In this document: piece after piece, positions 16,327 to 24,799 of the stretch
Numbering within the stretch: position 1 is the first letter of the stretch
Layout of the letters: each line of letters opens with the position of its first letter
From: a virus
Lineage: Duplodnaviria; Heunggongvirae; Uroviricota; Caudoviricetes
Length of the DNA: 64,000 nucleotides
Reading direction: 5' to 3' (one strand)
Virus record (IMG/VR): IMGVR_UViG_3300042331_000303
The notes under the pieces: generated by a model
What the model was told of the DNA's origin: nothing
Seen by the model: only the letters and a program-made list of their open reading frames with translations
Database searches by the model: none
Position numbers and translations under genes: made by a program

Positions 16327-17000
16327 GCGAGCTTCCGTGCGTCGGCAGGGAGACCATCCTCCTTGCGCGCCCACACCAACTGGCCGCCCGAGGAGCGACC
16401 GAGCACGACGTCGCCGCTGCCGGTCAAAGAGCGCGTGAGGTCGATGGAGAGGCGGGACAGCTCGGCGAACGAGAGGTTCAGGCGCGAAGCCGTGTCCAAC
16501 GCGGCGGCGCGTTCTACGGGCGTGCAGCGCACGTCTGGGTAGTTGACGTTCGCCCGCTGACCCGTGCGGGGGAGAGGGCCGCGGAGACGAGCACCGGCTC
16601 GGTCGTTCCGCAACTCACACCAGCGACGCGCGCGGTCCGCTGTCTTGAAGAAGGTCTTGGTGGCGATGCGGACATCGGACTCCGCGGCGGAGGCCCGCTT
16701 GACCTGCCAGCCCTGCTCTTCCTTGGTGATGACCCAGCCGATGGCGACCCACGTCCGCCCACTGACCAGCTTCCACCCCGCGGGGGGATCTCGGCGGTCG
16801 TACAGCTCGATGGCTTCGTCCAGCGTCAGGCCCAGCATGCCGGACAGCCGATCCCCCGAGGAGCGATGCCACTCGCCATCAGGAGCGCGGGCGATTTCCA
16901 CTCCATCGGGGCGCTTCGCGGTGTTCTTTCGGTAGTCCCGAGCCCAAGCGCTGAGGCTGAGGGAAGTAGACGGGGACGGAATAGAGGCATTGTCCGACAC
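16323..17000 (-). CDS. hypothetical protein (225 aa), first gene of the minus-strand operon facing the integrase-like gene
   Basis: ORF track. Confidence 0.6.
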   Translation of the reverse strand: MSDNASIPSPSTSLSLSAWARDYRKNTAKRPDGVEIARAPDGEWHRSSGDRLSGMLGLTLDEAIELYDRRDPPAGWKLVSGRTWVAIGWVITKEEQGWQVKRASAAESDVRIATKTFFKTADRARRWCELRNDRAGARLRGPLPRTGQRANVNYPDVRCTPVERAAALDTASRLNLSFAELSRLSIDLTRSLTGSGDVVLGRSSGGQLVWARKEDGLPADARKLA

Positions 17001-17011
17001 GGATTCTCCAA

Positions 17012-17064
17012 GAGGTCCTACTCTCTATCTGGCCGGGATGGGTTTGTCAAACCTGAGAGGACCT
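17012..17064. promoter_or_regulatory. divergent intergenic region with an inverted repeat AGGTCCT(N38)AGGACCT
   Basis: The two halves lie at 17013-17019 and 17058-17064, between the divergent starts at 17000 (minus) and 17079 (plus). Confidence 0.4.
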
Positions 17065-17078
17065 GTTAGGTTGAAATC

Positions 17079-17741
17079 ATGGCACGACCTCGGGCTGACC
17101 TCCTCTCCTTCACTTCTTGGCTCACGGCCCGCGGATTCTCGGCGCCCACGGTCTACCAGTACGCCTACTGGGTGCGGAAGGTACTGCGGGGCGTCGAGGA
17201 GATCGGCGTTACCTCCGACAGCATCACCACGTTCCTGACGCAGGAGGTGCCGTCGCGGTACCACGCCAACGTGCGGACGTCTTGGCGAGCCATGCGGGAC
17301 TTCCTCGCCACGAAGGGGCAGGACGTTCCCGACTTCCATCCCAAGCTCCCTCCCGTCCGATCTGCCGACGTGGCCCCGACCTACCGTGCAGGCGCGCCCG
17401 TTCTTCACCTCACCGACTACGAGACCTTCGCGCACGCAGTTGGGGCATTGGTCGCCATCGGGGGGCTCCAGCCTCGGGAGATCGTCAAGCTCCGCTGGAG
17501 CGCCGTGAGCCCGTTCCCCCACCTGTCCGACTACGCTCAGATCGCTCGGCCAGATCTGCGCAGCGAGGTAGCGCTGGTCCCCTCCCGGTTCATCGGCACG
17601 CTCCGAGCGTGGCGGTCGCCAGACATGGTGGATCCGGCTGACACCCCGCTGGTTCCAGCAGCGAAGTTCTCAGGTCAGCCCGCCACTATCGAACAGGTGC
17701 GCGCGATGATTGACGAACAGCGTTGCCGGCTTGCGCGATAG
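17079..17741 (+). CDS. tyrosine-recombinase-like protein (220 aa) lacking the catalytic C-terminus
   Basis: The N-terminus LLSFTSWLTARGFSAPTVYQYAYWVRKVL resembles the core-binding (SAM-like) domain of XerC/D and phage integrases. It has an REIVKLRW box-I-like Arg, but no HxxR or catalytic Tyr follows. Confidence 0.55.
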   Translation: MARPRADLLSFTSWLTARGFSAPTVYQYAYWVRKVLRGVEEIGVTSDSITTFLTQEVPSRYHANVRTSWRAMRDFLATKGQDVPDFHPKLPPVRSADVAPTYRAGAPVLHLTDYETFAHAVGALVAIGGLQPREIVKLRWSAVSPFPHLSDYAQIARPDLRSEVALVPSRFIGTLRAWRSPDMVDPADTPLVPAAKFSGQPATIEQVRAMIDEQRCRLAR

Positions 17742-17837
17742 CTGATAGGCTGCGAACCATGCCCGTGTCCCTCCTTTCCCTCACCCCCACGCGCCGCTTC
17801 CAGGCGGCGCCAGGCCGCTTCCAGTCGGCTCCGGAGG

Positions 17838-17913
17838 ATAAGCAATAAGAAATAACTAATGGGGTCCTGACGCCTTCACGTATGCGAAGGACCACACCAT
17901 CACTTATTTCTTA
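17838..17913. repeat. AT-rich repeats of the CACTTATTTCTTA / AATAAGAAATAA motif
   Basis: GATAAGCAATAAGAAATAACT lies at about 17838-17860 and CACTTATTTCTTAC at 17900-17913. Both match motifs in the tandem repeat at 18011-18161. Confidence 0.5.
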
Positions 17914-17915
17914 CA

Positions 17916-17937
17916 CCCCCTCTCTTTAGAGAGGGGG
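17916..17937 (+). terminator. perfect 9-bp stem hairpin CCCCCTCTC-TTTA-GAGAGGGGG
   Basis: The inverted repeat is read directly from the sequence; no U-tract follows it. Confidence 0.35.
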
Positions 17938-18010
17938 TCGGGAGAGCTTTGTCCTAAAGGACAGATAGCCGGCGCCAAGGCGCCGAGAGCAGGAGAAGGA
18001 GGAAGGGAGT

Positions 18011-18161
18011 AAGTGATAAGTGAGGGATTCTCGCGCGCCCGCGTGAATACTCAACAGCACCCCATCACTTATTTCTTATCGCTGCACCCAGCAATAAGTG
18101 AGGGATTCTCGCGCGCCCGCGTGAATACTCAACAGCACCCCATCACTTATTTCTTATCGCT
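18011..18161. repeat. two tandem copies of a 72-79 nt unit carrying internal inverted repeats AATAAGTG / CACTTATT
   Basis: The unit AAGTGAGGGATTCTCGCGCGCCCGCGTGAATACTCAACAGCACCCCATCACTTATTTCTTATCGCT appears twice (18017-18083 and 18096-18161). Confidence 0.7.
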
Positions 18162-18189
18162 TGACAGGGGCGCAAGGGCAGGGTAGAGG
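18161..18189 (+). promoter_or_regulatory. sigma70-like promoter TTGACA-N17-TAGAGG, 6 nt before the ATG
   Basis: TTGACA lies at 18161-18166 and TAGAGG at 18184-18189. The ATG is at 18196, so the transcript would be leaderless or nearly so. Confidence 0.45.
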
Positions 18190-18195
18190 GTGGGC

Positions 18196-18957
18196 ATGAT
18201 GTCCTTCGACCCCACCGACCTGTTCTTCCAGTGGCTCCTCGCGAACAACTACAACCCCGCGACCGCGTATCAGTACGCCAAGTGGCCCAAGAAGCTCTTG
18301 GAGGGGGTCGAGACGCCCATGACGCCGGAGTTGCTCCTGGCGAGCCTCCAGCGCTACAAGCCGTCGCACTACTCGATTGCGCAGGCTGGGTGGCGGGCGT
18401 ACCGGACCTTCTGCGCGCAGGACGAGGAGCTGTCGCGGTTCAGCCTGCCCGACTTCCCCTCGGGCCGGGCCCCCAAGCCGGTCGTCGTGGTTTCCCGCAC
18501 GCCGCAGGTGGACCGCCTGCCCATGCGCCGCTTCCTCAAGCAGCTCGGCGTGCCTGCGAAGGAACTGCACGGGCTCCGGTGGGGGCATGTGCAAGCAGGC
18601 GTGCGAGCGACGCTGGAGCAGGGCAGCGCCCTTCCACTGGTGACGCTCCTGTACGGTGACGGCAAGCGGACCGCTTCGCTCGCGCTGGCCGAGGTGCTGC
18701 GCTACCGAGAGTGGGCGTGGCCGGCACTCGCCGCGGAGGATGAGTGGCCTGTCGAGGAGGCCCCCCTGTTCCCCGAGGTGCCCGAGTCGCTCGTGCCCCT
18801 CTCGCGGGGCGACTTGGAGACGCTCTACTCGCTGCCCTTGGCCCCCGAGGACAGCGCGAGCTTGCCGTTCGACCCGAAGGCTACCCCCCGCCCCCGAGCG
18901 GCTCCTGAGCCCGCTCAGCCTCGGTTCTCGTCCAGCGACCTTCTGTCCAAGCTCTGA
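18196..18957 (+). CDS. second tyrosine-recombinase-like protein (about 253 aa) lacking the catalytic C-terminus
   Basis: LFFQWLLANNYNPATAYQYAKW matches the integrase N-terminal fold. ELHGLRWGHV and GDGKRTASL resemble box I and the GKGxKxRxVPL motif. No HxxR or catalytic Tyr follows. It is a paralog of 17079..17741. Confidence 0.55.
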   Translation: MMSFDPTDLFFQWLLANNYNPATAYQYAKWPKKLLEGVETPMTPELLLASLQRYKPSHYSIAQAGWRAYRTFCAQDEELSRFSLPDFPSGRAPKPVVVVSRTPQVDRLPMRRFLKQLGVPAKELHGLRWGHVQAGVRATLEQGSALPLVTLLYGDGKRTASLALAEVLRYREWAWPALAAEDEWPVEEAPLFPEVPESLVPLSRGDLETLYSLPLAPEDSASLPFDPKATPRPRAAPEPAQPRFSSSDLLSKL

Positions 18958-18965
18958 GGCGTACC

Positions 18966-19526
18966 ATGACTCATCGAGTGACTCCTGCCCCGAATGACGT
19001 GATCTTCTACGGGACGTTGGGGCCGGAGACCAGAGGCTGTCTCGACATCCACGATCACGACACCCCGTGTTACCACACCTGCACCGGGGCAGTCGGTCTT
19101 GTCAGTGGGAACGCCCTGACGGCCGATGAGGACAGCGGACCACCTGGGGCACAGTGGCAGATTGGATCGACTGTCCGACTGGTTCGGTACTGCGGCCCGG
19201 AGGGGGACTACCCGTACTGCCTCTTGATCGCAGAGTACGCGGATGTGCTGGATGAGATCGAAGCGGCAATGGGAGATTCTCCCGAGTTCACGCCCCCCAA
19301 CCAACGCGACCCCCGCGCCCCGTTCTTCCACTGGGCCCCTCTGACCGAAGAGCCCCTCTCCGCGAGCTTCCAGTGGAAGGGGGCGTCGATAGACCTGACG
19401 TTCACCTGCCCTGTCTGTGAGGCCAACCTCCACGCAGAGGGCGAGTTCGCCTACCACGTAGCCTGCCCTCGATGCCGGACGGCTTTCGCGGTGGATTGGC
19501 ACGTCCCGGTCGAACGGGTTAGCTGA
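18966..19526 (+). CDS. hypothetical Cys-rich protein (186 aa)
   Basis: ORF track; the protein contains CPVCEAN...CPRCRT zinc-ribbon-like motifs. Confidence 0.55.
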   Translation: MTHRVTPAPNDVIFYGTLGPETRGCLDIHDHDTPCYHTCTGAVGLVSGNALTADEDSGPPGAQWQIGSTVRLVRYCGPEGDYPYCLLIAEYADVLDEIEAAMGDSPEFTPPNQRDPRAPFFHWAPLTEEPLSASFQWKGASIDLTFTCPVCEANLHAEGEFAYHVACPRCRTAFAVDWHVPVERVS

Positions 19527-19531
19527 GGGGC

Positions 19532-19762
19532 ATGGAACCTATCGTCCCAGACACCTACTCTTTCCGGCTCCCATCGGGAGCTACCTTGCGCGTAGTCACT
19601 CGTTCGCTGTACGCCGGGAACGATCCGAGTGCCTCCATCGCCGGAGATGCTGTTGAGATCGCGATGGGTGAGACGCCTTTCGTTTCTATGACGACGCTCG
19701 CCTCGCAGCTCGAACAGGTCGCCGCAGAGATCCGAACCGTCGCTCGGCGGCTGCCTCAGTGA
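19532..19762 (+). CDS. hypothetical protein (76 aa)
   Basis: ORF track. Confidence 0.4.
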   Translation: MEPIVPDTYSFRLPSGATLRVVTRSLYAGNDPSASIAGDAVEIAMGETPFVSMTTLASQLEQVAAEIRTVARRLPQ

Positions 19763-20064
19763 GCCCGGAGAGCCTGAGCCGAGCGGCTGCCGAACAGATC
19801 GCCGACCTCCAGCGCGGGGGTGTGCTCATCATCCTGTCCCTGAACCCTGACGGGACCGCCGCGAGCTTCATTGGATACCAAGGGACTGCGAGCCTCCTAC
19901 CCGCGCTGTCCATCGCTGGGGCCGCGCACCTGGAGCTGTCCAGTCTGATCGAAGAGTCCTGCGCGCTCGCCAACGAAAGAGACGAGAACGGCGAGAGCGA
20001 CGAGGACGATGCCGATGACGTGCTCCTGGCGGAACCTGCGGAGGAGGGGGAGCAGTCGAACTGA
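19759..20064 (+). CDS. hypothetical protein (101 aa) with an acidic tail
   Basis: ORF track; the start overlaps the previous stop. Confidence 0.5.
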   Translation: MSPESLSRAAAEQIADLQRGGVLIILSLNPDGTAASFIGYQGTASLLPALSIAGAAHLELSSLIEESCALANERDENGESDEDDADDVLLAEPAEEGEQSN

Positions 20065-20108
20065 CTTGCCACTCTTGCCCCCCCGACAGTCTTCGATAGC
20101 TTCGACTC

Positions 20109-20708
20109 ATGTCCCGAACCTACGCACAACAGCTTGCCGCAGACCGTCTCGCCCTCTGGAACGAGTTCAAGCGCCGTGGTGGGCGTAGCATTGAGCTGGC
20201 GGAGGAGATCGACGAGATTGACCGCGAGCTGGCCAAGCTGGCCGCACGCAAGAAGCCCGGTGCGGGCCGCCGCGCAAACCCACGGGCGCCAGACCGTGCC
20301 GCGTACCGCTTCTACGTGGTCCTCCAGGGCAAGATCCTCTCCGGTTGGGAGTTCCGCGAAGATGCCAAGGAGTGCGTCGTCGGCAACTACAACGGACAGG
20401 GGTCGATCTACTCGCGGTCCTACCTCAAGGCGCGCGGACTCGATCCGGCAGTCTCGGCGAACTGGGGCGGCTACTTTCCACGCAAGAGTGCCGGACGAAA
20501 GAACCCGATCGAACTCAAGTGGCGGAAGCGCGGCCCCTGGGATTACCACGCGAGCGCGAACGGCTACAAGCTGCACATCGACCAGCACATGGAGTCGTAC
20601 TACCTCCTGTACTGCGAGCCGCGCCAGAAGAAGGAGCAGTTTGGGGGAGCTTACACCTCGCTGGCTGAGGCGAAGTCCCGCGCAGCACTCATCCCGCAGG
20701 GCGGTTAG
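20109..20708 (+). CDS. hypothetical protein (199 aa)
   Basis: ORF track. Confidence 0.6.
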   Translation: MSRTYAQQLAADRLALWNEFKRRGGRSIELAEEIDEIDRELAKLAARKKPGAGRRANPRAPDRAAYRFYVVLQGKILSGWEFREDAKECVVGNYNGQGSIYSRSYLKARGLDPAVSANWGGYFPRKSAGRKNPIELKWRKRGPWDYHASANGYKLHIDQHMESYYLLYCEPRQKKEQFGGAYTSLAEAKSRAALIPQGG

Positions 20709-21943
20709 CTCCCCGAGTCGTCGGCCGAGTGGTCTTCGACGTGGTGCGCCAGAGGGTCGACCAGCGTGTAGAAGCCCCCGGCGTCCGAGCCGCCCATGAG
20801 AGTGGCGCGAGCGACCAAGCCTTCGCAGGTGAGGGCGTCGAGCGTCTCCATCACGGTGCGCTTCTTGAGCTTGAGCCGGTTGAGGATCGTGCCGAGAGAG
20901 GCGTATCCGCCCTCCTCCGCGAGGATGCCGAGCACGGCGCGCCGCTGGCGGGCGTCATTGCTGGAGCAGATGTGATCGGAGAGCCCCACAAGCGACTTGA
21001 TGTGCAACTCAGTGAACAAGATCGCAGGAATCAACTCCTTCTTCGTGACGTACCAATCCTGGTCGAGGTGCGCGGGGCCGAAGTCCGACCCGTAGAGCAG
21101 CGCGACCTTGCGGGCGATCGTAGGGGCACGAGCCCGAACACCAACCACCTGAGCGGGAAGGTCGCGCCGGGAGACGTCGTTGAACCAGTCTGCCCAGATG
21201 GCCCCGGCTTCCTTGTCAAGCCCCATGCAGAAGCCGAGTGACGGGCGCGTCCCGCGGTCGTACAGGGTCTGCTTCAACTCGTCGAAGCCGATGCGGTCAC
21301 CCTTGGGATCCGGGTCCGTCCGCTCGCGGCGAGCGTAGATGACCGCCCAGCGGCCCATGAAGCCACCGGACCAGTCGGTGTCGTCGGTGTAGCGCTCCAA
21401 GTAGGGGAGCGAGCAGGCCGCGAGCATCGAGAGCCTCGGATGGTCGCACCGGACCACCTTGCCGTTCGCCTTCGCCCGCTGCGTCGGGAGCGAGTCCCAG
21501 AGGTCCGCCATGAGCGCCTTGGTGGGCTCGAAGTACCCCTGCTGGGCGGAGGACAGGAACTTGCCCAGCTCGGAGATCGGAATCATCTGCGTGGGCTGCC
21601 GCTGGAGCGAGTCAATCAAGCCTTCGGCCGAGCCCGGGAAGTCGCCGATGAGCGGGGGGATCGCCTCGAACAGCAGCTCGCGCGCAATGCCGAGCGCAGA
21701 GGACTTCTGGTCCTCACCCGACCGGCCGACGAGCATGGTAAACAGGTTGGCCCGGAGCGAGCCGGCGTAGAACGTCCCGTAGGGCACGGGGACCGTCGTT
21801 CCGAGGAGCGTGATCGCACAAGCGAGATGGTAGCCGAGAGGAGCTGAGGTCTGGCGTTGGGCGTACTCTACATACTTTCGCACGAATGATTCTGGGGGTA
21901 GCGCACGGAATACTGCATCTCGAACCTCTGCTTCTGTAATCAC
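20705..21943 (-). CDS. hypothetical protein (412 aa) with a C-terminal winged-helix-like segment; lone minus-strand gene in the plus block
   Basis: The ORF is clean. The C-terminus LNRLKLKKRTVMETLDALTCEGLVARAT looks like a winged HTH. It is divergently transcribed from a region containing a palindrome. It may be replication-associated or a regulator. Confidence 0.7.
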   Translation of the reverse strand: MITEAEVRDAVFRALPPESFVRKYVEYAQRQTSAPLGYHLACAITLLGTTVPVPYGTFYAGSLRANLFTMLVGRSGEDQKSSALGIARELLFEAIPPLIGDFPGSAEGLIDSLQRQPTQMIPISELGKFLSSAQQGYFEPTKALMADLWDSLPTQRAKANGKVVRCDHPRLSMLAACSLPYLERYTDDTDWSGGFMGRWAVIYARRERTDPDPKGDRIGFDELKQTLYDRGTRPSLGFCMGLDKEAGAIWADWFNDVSRRDLPAQVVGVRARAPTIARKVALLYGSDFGPAHLDQDWYVTKKELIPAILFTELHIKSLVGLSDHICSSNDARQRRAVLGILAEEGGYASLGTILNRLKLKKRTVMETLDALTCEGLVARATLMGGSDAGGFYTLVDPLAHHVEDHSADDSGS

Positions 21944-21990
21944 AACGCGGCTCGGTGGTGGGAGGGGGAGCTAAACCTGTATCTGACCTA

Positions 21991-22030
21991 TTGACACTCG
22001 GCAAGCAGTTCGCTAACAGATTCAGCGAAC
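21991..22030 (+). promoter_or_regulatory. promoter TTGACA-N17-TAACAG overlapped by the palindromic operator GTTCGCT-N9-AGCGAAC
   Basis: TTGACA lies at 21991-21996 and TAACAG at 22014-22019. The inverted repeat arms are at 22008-22014 and 22024-22030. Confidence 0.5.
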
Positions 22031-22045
22031 CCCCGGTCCTCTACT

Positions 22046-22477
22046 ATGTCTACCCCCGCTGCGCCTCCTCTGCCCCTCTACCAGCCGCCCGACGACCTGT
22101 CTCGCTTCGACATCCTCTACACGTTCGCGGACGCGGGCGGGTACTACGGGCGTGTCTACCTCACCACCATCTCGGAGTTGCCGGGGGCCGACCTGTTGGC
22201 GACCCTCTGCGGCGACCTCGCCGACGATGATGACGACGTGCTCTCCATCGAGGACTACCTCCTGCAAGCCAGCTCGGACCCACGCAACGCTGGCTGGGTC
22301 AACCCCCTGCGGGAAGACGACGAAATCGTAGGTGTCGCTCTCCACCTCCGTACCGCGGAGGGGCTCACGCGCACCCTCAGCGAGAACGTGGGGGACCACG
22401 TCATCGGCGTCAACATCGTCGGGTTCGCCCCGCTCTCGGACGAAGAGATCGCCGAGTACGAAACCGAGGAGCCGTAG
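22046..22477 (+). CDS. hypothetical acidic protein (143 aa)
   Basis: ORF track. Confidence 0.6.
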   Translation: MSTPAAPPLPLYQPPDDLSRFDILYTFADAGGYYGRVYLTTISELPGADLLATLCGDLADDDDDVLSIEDYLLQASSDPRNAGWVNPLREDDEIVGVALHLRTAEGLTRTLSENVGDHVIGVNIVGFAPLSDEEIAEYETEEP

Positions 22478-22752
22478 TGGTCCCGGTCCTCTGCCTCGCT
22501 CCTTCCCCTGAACAAGCGCGAGCGCTTGGTCGACTGGCCTTCTCCTTCGGCCTCCAGCCTTCCTACCCCCCGGAAGGCGCAGAAGAGCTGGCGGCAACCG
22601 TGCAGCTCATCCTGGAAGCGGGCGGGGTCGTGTGGGCCCTCGGCCCAGCCCCCGCCCCCGCGGACATCGAGGACGACCGAGTTGTCCTGTTCGTGTGGGA
22701 TGAAGGGGAGCAGCGGCCGGTTCGGACGGGGCTGGCCGAAACTGCCGGTTGA
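22477..22752 (+). CDS. hypothetical protein (91 aa)
   Basis: ORF track; the start overlaps the upstream stop. Confidence 0.45.
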   Translation: MVPVLCLAPSPEQARALGRLAFSFGLQPSYPPEGAEELAATVQLILEAGGVVWALGPAPAPADIEDDRVVLFVWDEGEQRPVRTGLAETAG

Positions 22753-22785
22753 ACCGTCCTCCGAAAGAAACTTGCATAGACGGCA

Positions 22786-22814
22786 TTGACAGTCTGGTGG
22801 AGATCGAATAGGCT
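22786..22814 (+). promoter_or_regulatory. promoter TTGACA-N17-TAGGCT
   Basis: TTGACA lies at 22786-22791 and TAGGCT at 22809-22814, upstream of the ATG at 22838. Confidence 0.4.
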
Positions 22815-22837
22815 TTGGGGGTCAACTGGAGCTGACC

Positions 22838-23335
22838 ATGACCCTCGAAGAACTGAAGGCGATCTCCGCCATCAAGGCCCGTGATTTCTGCGTGAAGAGC
22901 GACGACCGCGTGTTCCTGAAGACCGTGCTGGACAACGACCCCCGCAAGGCGGTGCAGGAGGGCGTGATGTCCCGCCTCCGCAAGCTCGCCACCAGCTCCC
23001 CCGCCGAGCCCGTCGTCGAGTCGCCGACCGCCACGGTCGAAGTCGCTGTGAACGCGCCGCCGACCGCATCCGCGGACGAGGCGGAGAAGATCGAGAAGGC
23101 GAACACGGCGACGTGCCCCCGCTGCGCCAAGATCGCCGACACCCCGGACGAGGTCGAGCGGTTCTTCGGCTACCGGACGCTCCCGAGCAAGAAGCACGGC
23201 TCCATCCAGGTGCGCCAGAGCCGCTGCAAGAGCTGCCGCGGCGCCAAGACCTGCGTCGGCCCCAAGGCGACCGCCCGCCGCGCCGCCGCGGCCCCCACCC
23301 CCGCCGCCGCTGAAGGGGCGGAAAGCGCGTCGTGA
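22838..23335 (+). CDS. hypothetical protein (165 aa) with a C-terminal Cys cluster
   Basis: ORF track; the protein contains CPRCAK...CKSCRGAKTC. Confidence 0.55.
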   Translation: MTLEELKAISAIKARDFCVKSDDRVFLKTVLDNDPRKAVQEGVMSRLRKLATSSPAEPVVESPTATVEVAVNAPPTASADEAEKIEKANTATCPRCAKIADTPDEVERFFGYRTLPSKKHGSIQVRQSRCKSCRGAKTCVGPKATARRAAAAPTPAAAEGAESAS

Positions 23336-23838
23336 TTACCGACCGTGCGGTGATAGAGTCGGCCCGAGCTGCACTGACTGAGTTCGACGCGCCACGGTGC
23401 CGCCGGCTGATGGGCCGAAGTGCTTCAGGACGGTCGTTGTGCAGTCTTCCTGTCGGGCACCGTGGGCCCCACCGCGCCACCTACTACGAGCCGTCGGTTG
23501 ACCACCTCCGCGCTGCGCTGGCCGAAGTTGAAGAGATCACGGCCGAGCGCGACCGCCTCCGCGCCATCCTCGCCTGCGAGCGGGGGGAGTGGGCGCCGGA
23601 GGGGTGGTCGTGGCTGGTGGACGACAACTTCAACGCGATGCTGGTCGGCACCGTGCGGGATGCGGCCGGGTGGCCTGTCACGGTTCGGCGCACCGTCCCC
23701 CGCGGATGGTCCGCCGACGGGGGAAGGACGGTGCATTCGTTCGCACTACTCGCGGCCGAAGCCATCGAAGCCGCCATCCGTCTCGAAGTGATGGTCGCCG
23801 GTGGCTACCCCGCCCGCGAGCGAGGGGGGGCGTCGTGA
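23332..23838 (+). CDS. hypothetical protein (168 aa)
   Basis: ORF track; a GTG start is coupled to the upstream stop. Confidence 0.5.
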   Translation: MITDRAVIESARAALTEFDAPRCRRLMGRSASGRSLCSLPVGHRGPHRATYYEPSVDHLRAALAEVEEITAERDRLRAILACERGEWAPEGWSWLVDDNFNAMLVGTVRDAAGWPVTVRRTVPRGWSADGGRTVHSFALLAAEAIEAAIRLEVMVAGGYPARERGGAS

Positions 23839-24122
23839 GCGGTGACGTGCGCTGGGTGCGCTGTAGTGACGAGCTGGGCGTGGCCCTGTGGCGCACGCTG
23901 CGCGGGCTGCTCGGCAAGCCGGGCGGCGTTGGCGTGGGGGCGTCCTACACGTCCGACACCTACATGCTCACCGAGGTGTGGGAGGGCGATCTGAATGTGC
24001 CGCTTCTTCGGTGTGAGTCGCGGTATTCCAAGGCCCACCGCGACGAGGACGGGCTCCTCGTCCGCGGCGACGGCGACCATTTCTACTACCTGCCCGTGCG
24101 AGAGGTGCCCGATGGCTGCTGA
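23835..24122 (+). CDS. hypothetical protein (95 aa)
   Basis: The plausible part of ORF 23589..24122 starts VSGDVRWVRCSDELG, with the GTG overlapping the upstream stop. Confidence 0.4.
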   Translation: MSGDVRWVRCSDELGVALWRTLRGLLGKPGGVGVGASYTSDTYMLTEVWEGDLNVPLLRCESRYSKAHRDEDGLLVRGDGDHFYYLPVREVPDGC

Positions 24123-24200
24123 CCTCGACGCTCACCGCCTCGCCCACGAACTCCTGGCCCGCGCCTACCGCGCCGCCGACCTCGCAACCAAGGAGCCGAA

Positions 24201-24569
24201 GTGACAAAGAAGCCCTCCCCCGAAGTCGACGTCGAGAGCTACACCCAGCTCTTTGAGGTGGCGCACGCTCTCTCCTGTCGCATCGGAGACCTCGACAATC
24301 CTCATGCGACCAAGTGGGAGGTCGTCCCCGGAGACGTCCTCAACATGGTTGATGACATCCAGCGGATCGCCCGAGGCGCTCCGCCACACAACGACTGGCG
24401 GGCGGACCCTGACACCACCGGTCACCAGCAGCACCTCGTCGGGAACATCCCTGGGTGCAAGCACTGCTGCCGCATCTGGCGACTCCTCGAACGCGAAGGG
24501 CAGATCAATCTGCCCTGCCCTGCGCGCCGGGCCCGGCCTATCCCCACTGCCCGAAAGGAGGCCCCATGA
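24201..24569 (+). CDS. hypothetical protein (122 aa)
   Basis: ORF track; the protein contains a CKHCC motif. Confidence 0.5.
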   Translation: MTKKPSPEVDVESYTQLFEVAHALSCRIGDLDNPHATKWEVVPGDVLNMVDDIQRIARGAPPHNDWRADPDTTGHQQHLVGNIPGCKHCCRIWRLLEREGQINLPCPARRARPIPTARKEAP

Positions 24570-24799
24570 ACGCGGCCGAGCTGAGAGAGATCCTCGCGTC
24601 TGTTCCTGACGACACGCTCGTCGTCCTCTCCCGAGACGCCGAGGGAAACGGCTACTCCAAGTGCTGGGGCTACGCTACCAACATGGTCTACGAAGATGGC
24701 GAGGTCGGCTTCGCCGCCTTGACGCCGGAGTTGGAGGCAAAGGGCTACGGGGAAGGAGACATCCGGACTGGCGAGCCGTGCGTGGTGCTGTGGCCCTGA
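24566..24799 (+). CDS. hypothetical protein (77 aa)
   Basis: The ATG at 24566 follows an AAGGAGG ribosome-binding site. This is the plausible part of ORF 24455..24799. Confidence 0.5.
   Translation: MNAAELREILASVPDDTLVVLSRDAEGNGYSKCWGYATNMVYEDGEVGFAALTPELEAKGYGEGDIRTGEPCVVLWP

Noticed and set aside
17117-17641. Alternative-frame ORF inside the integrase-like gene
   Set aside because: Arg/Gly-rich junk; the frame at 17079 carries the recognisable recombinase N-terminal fold.
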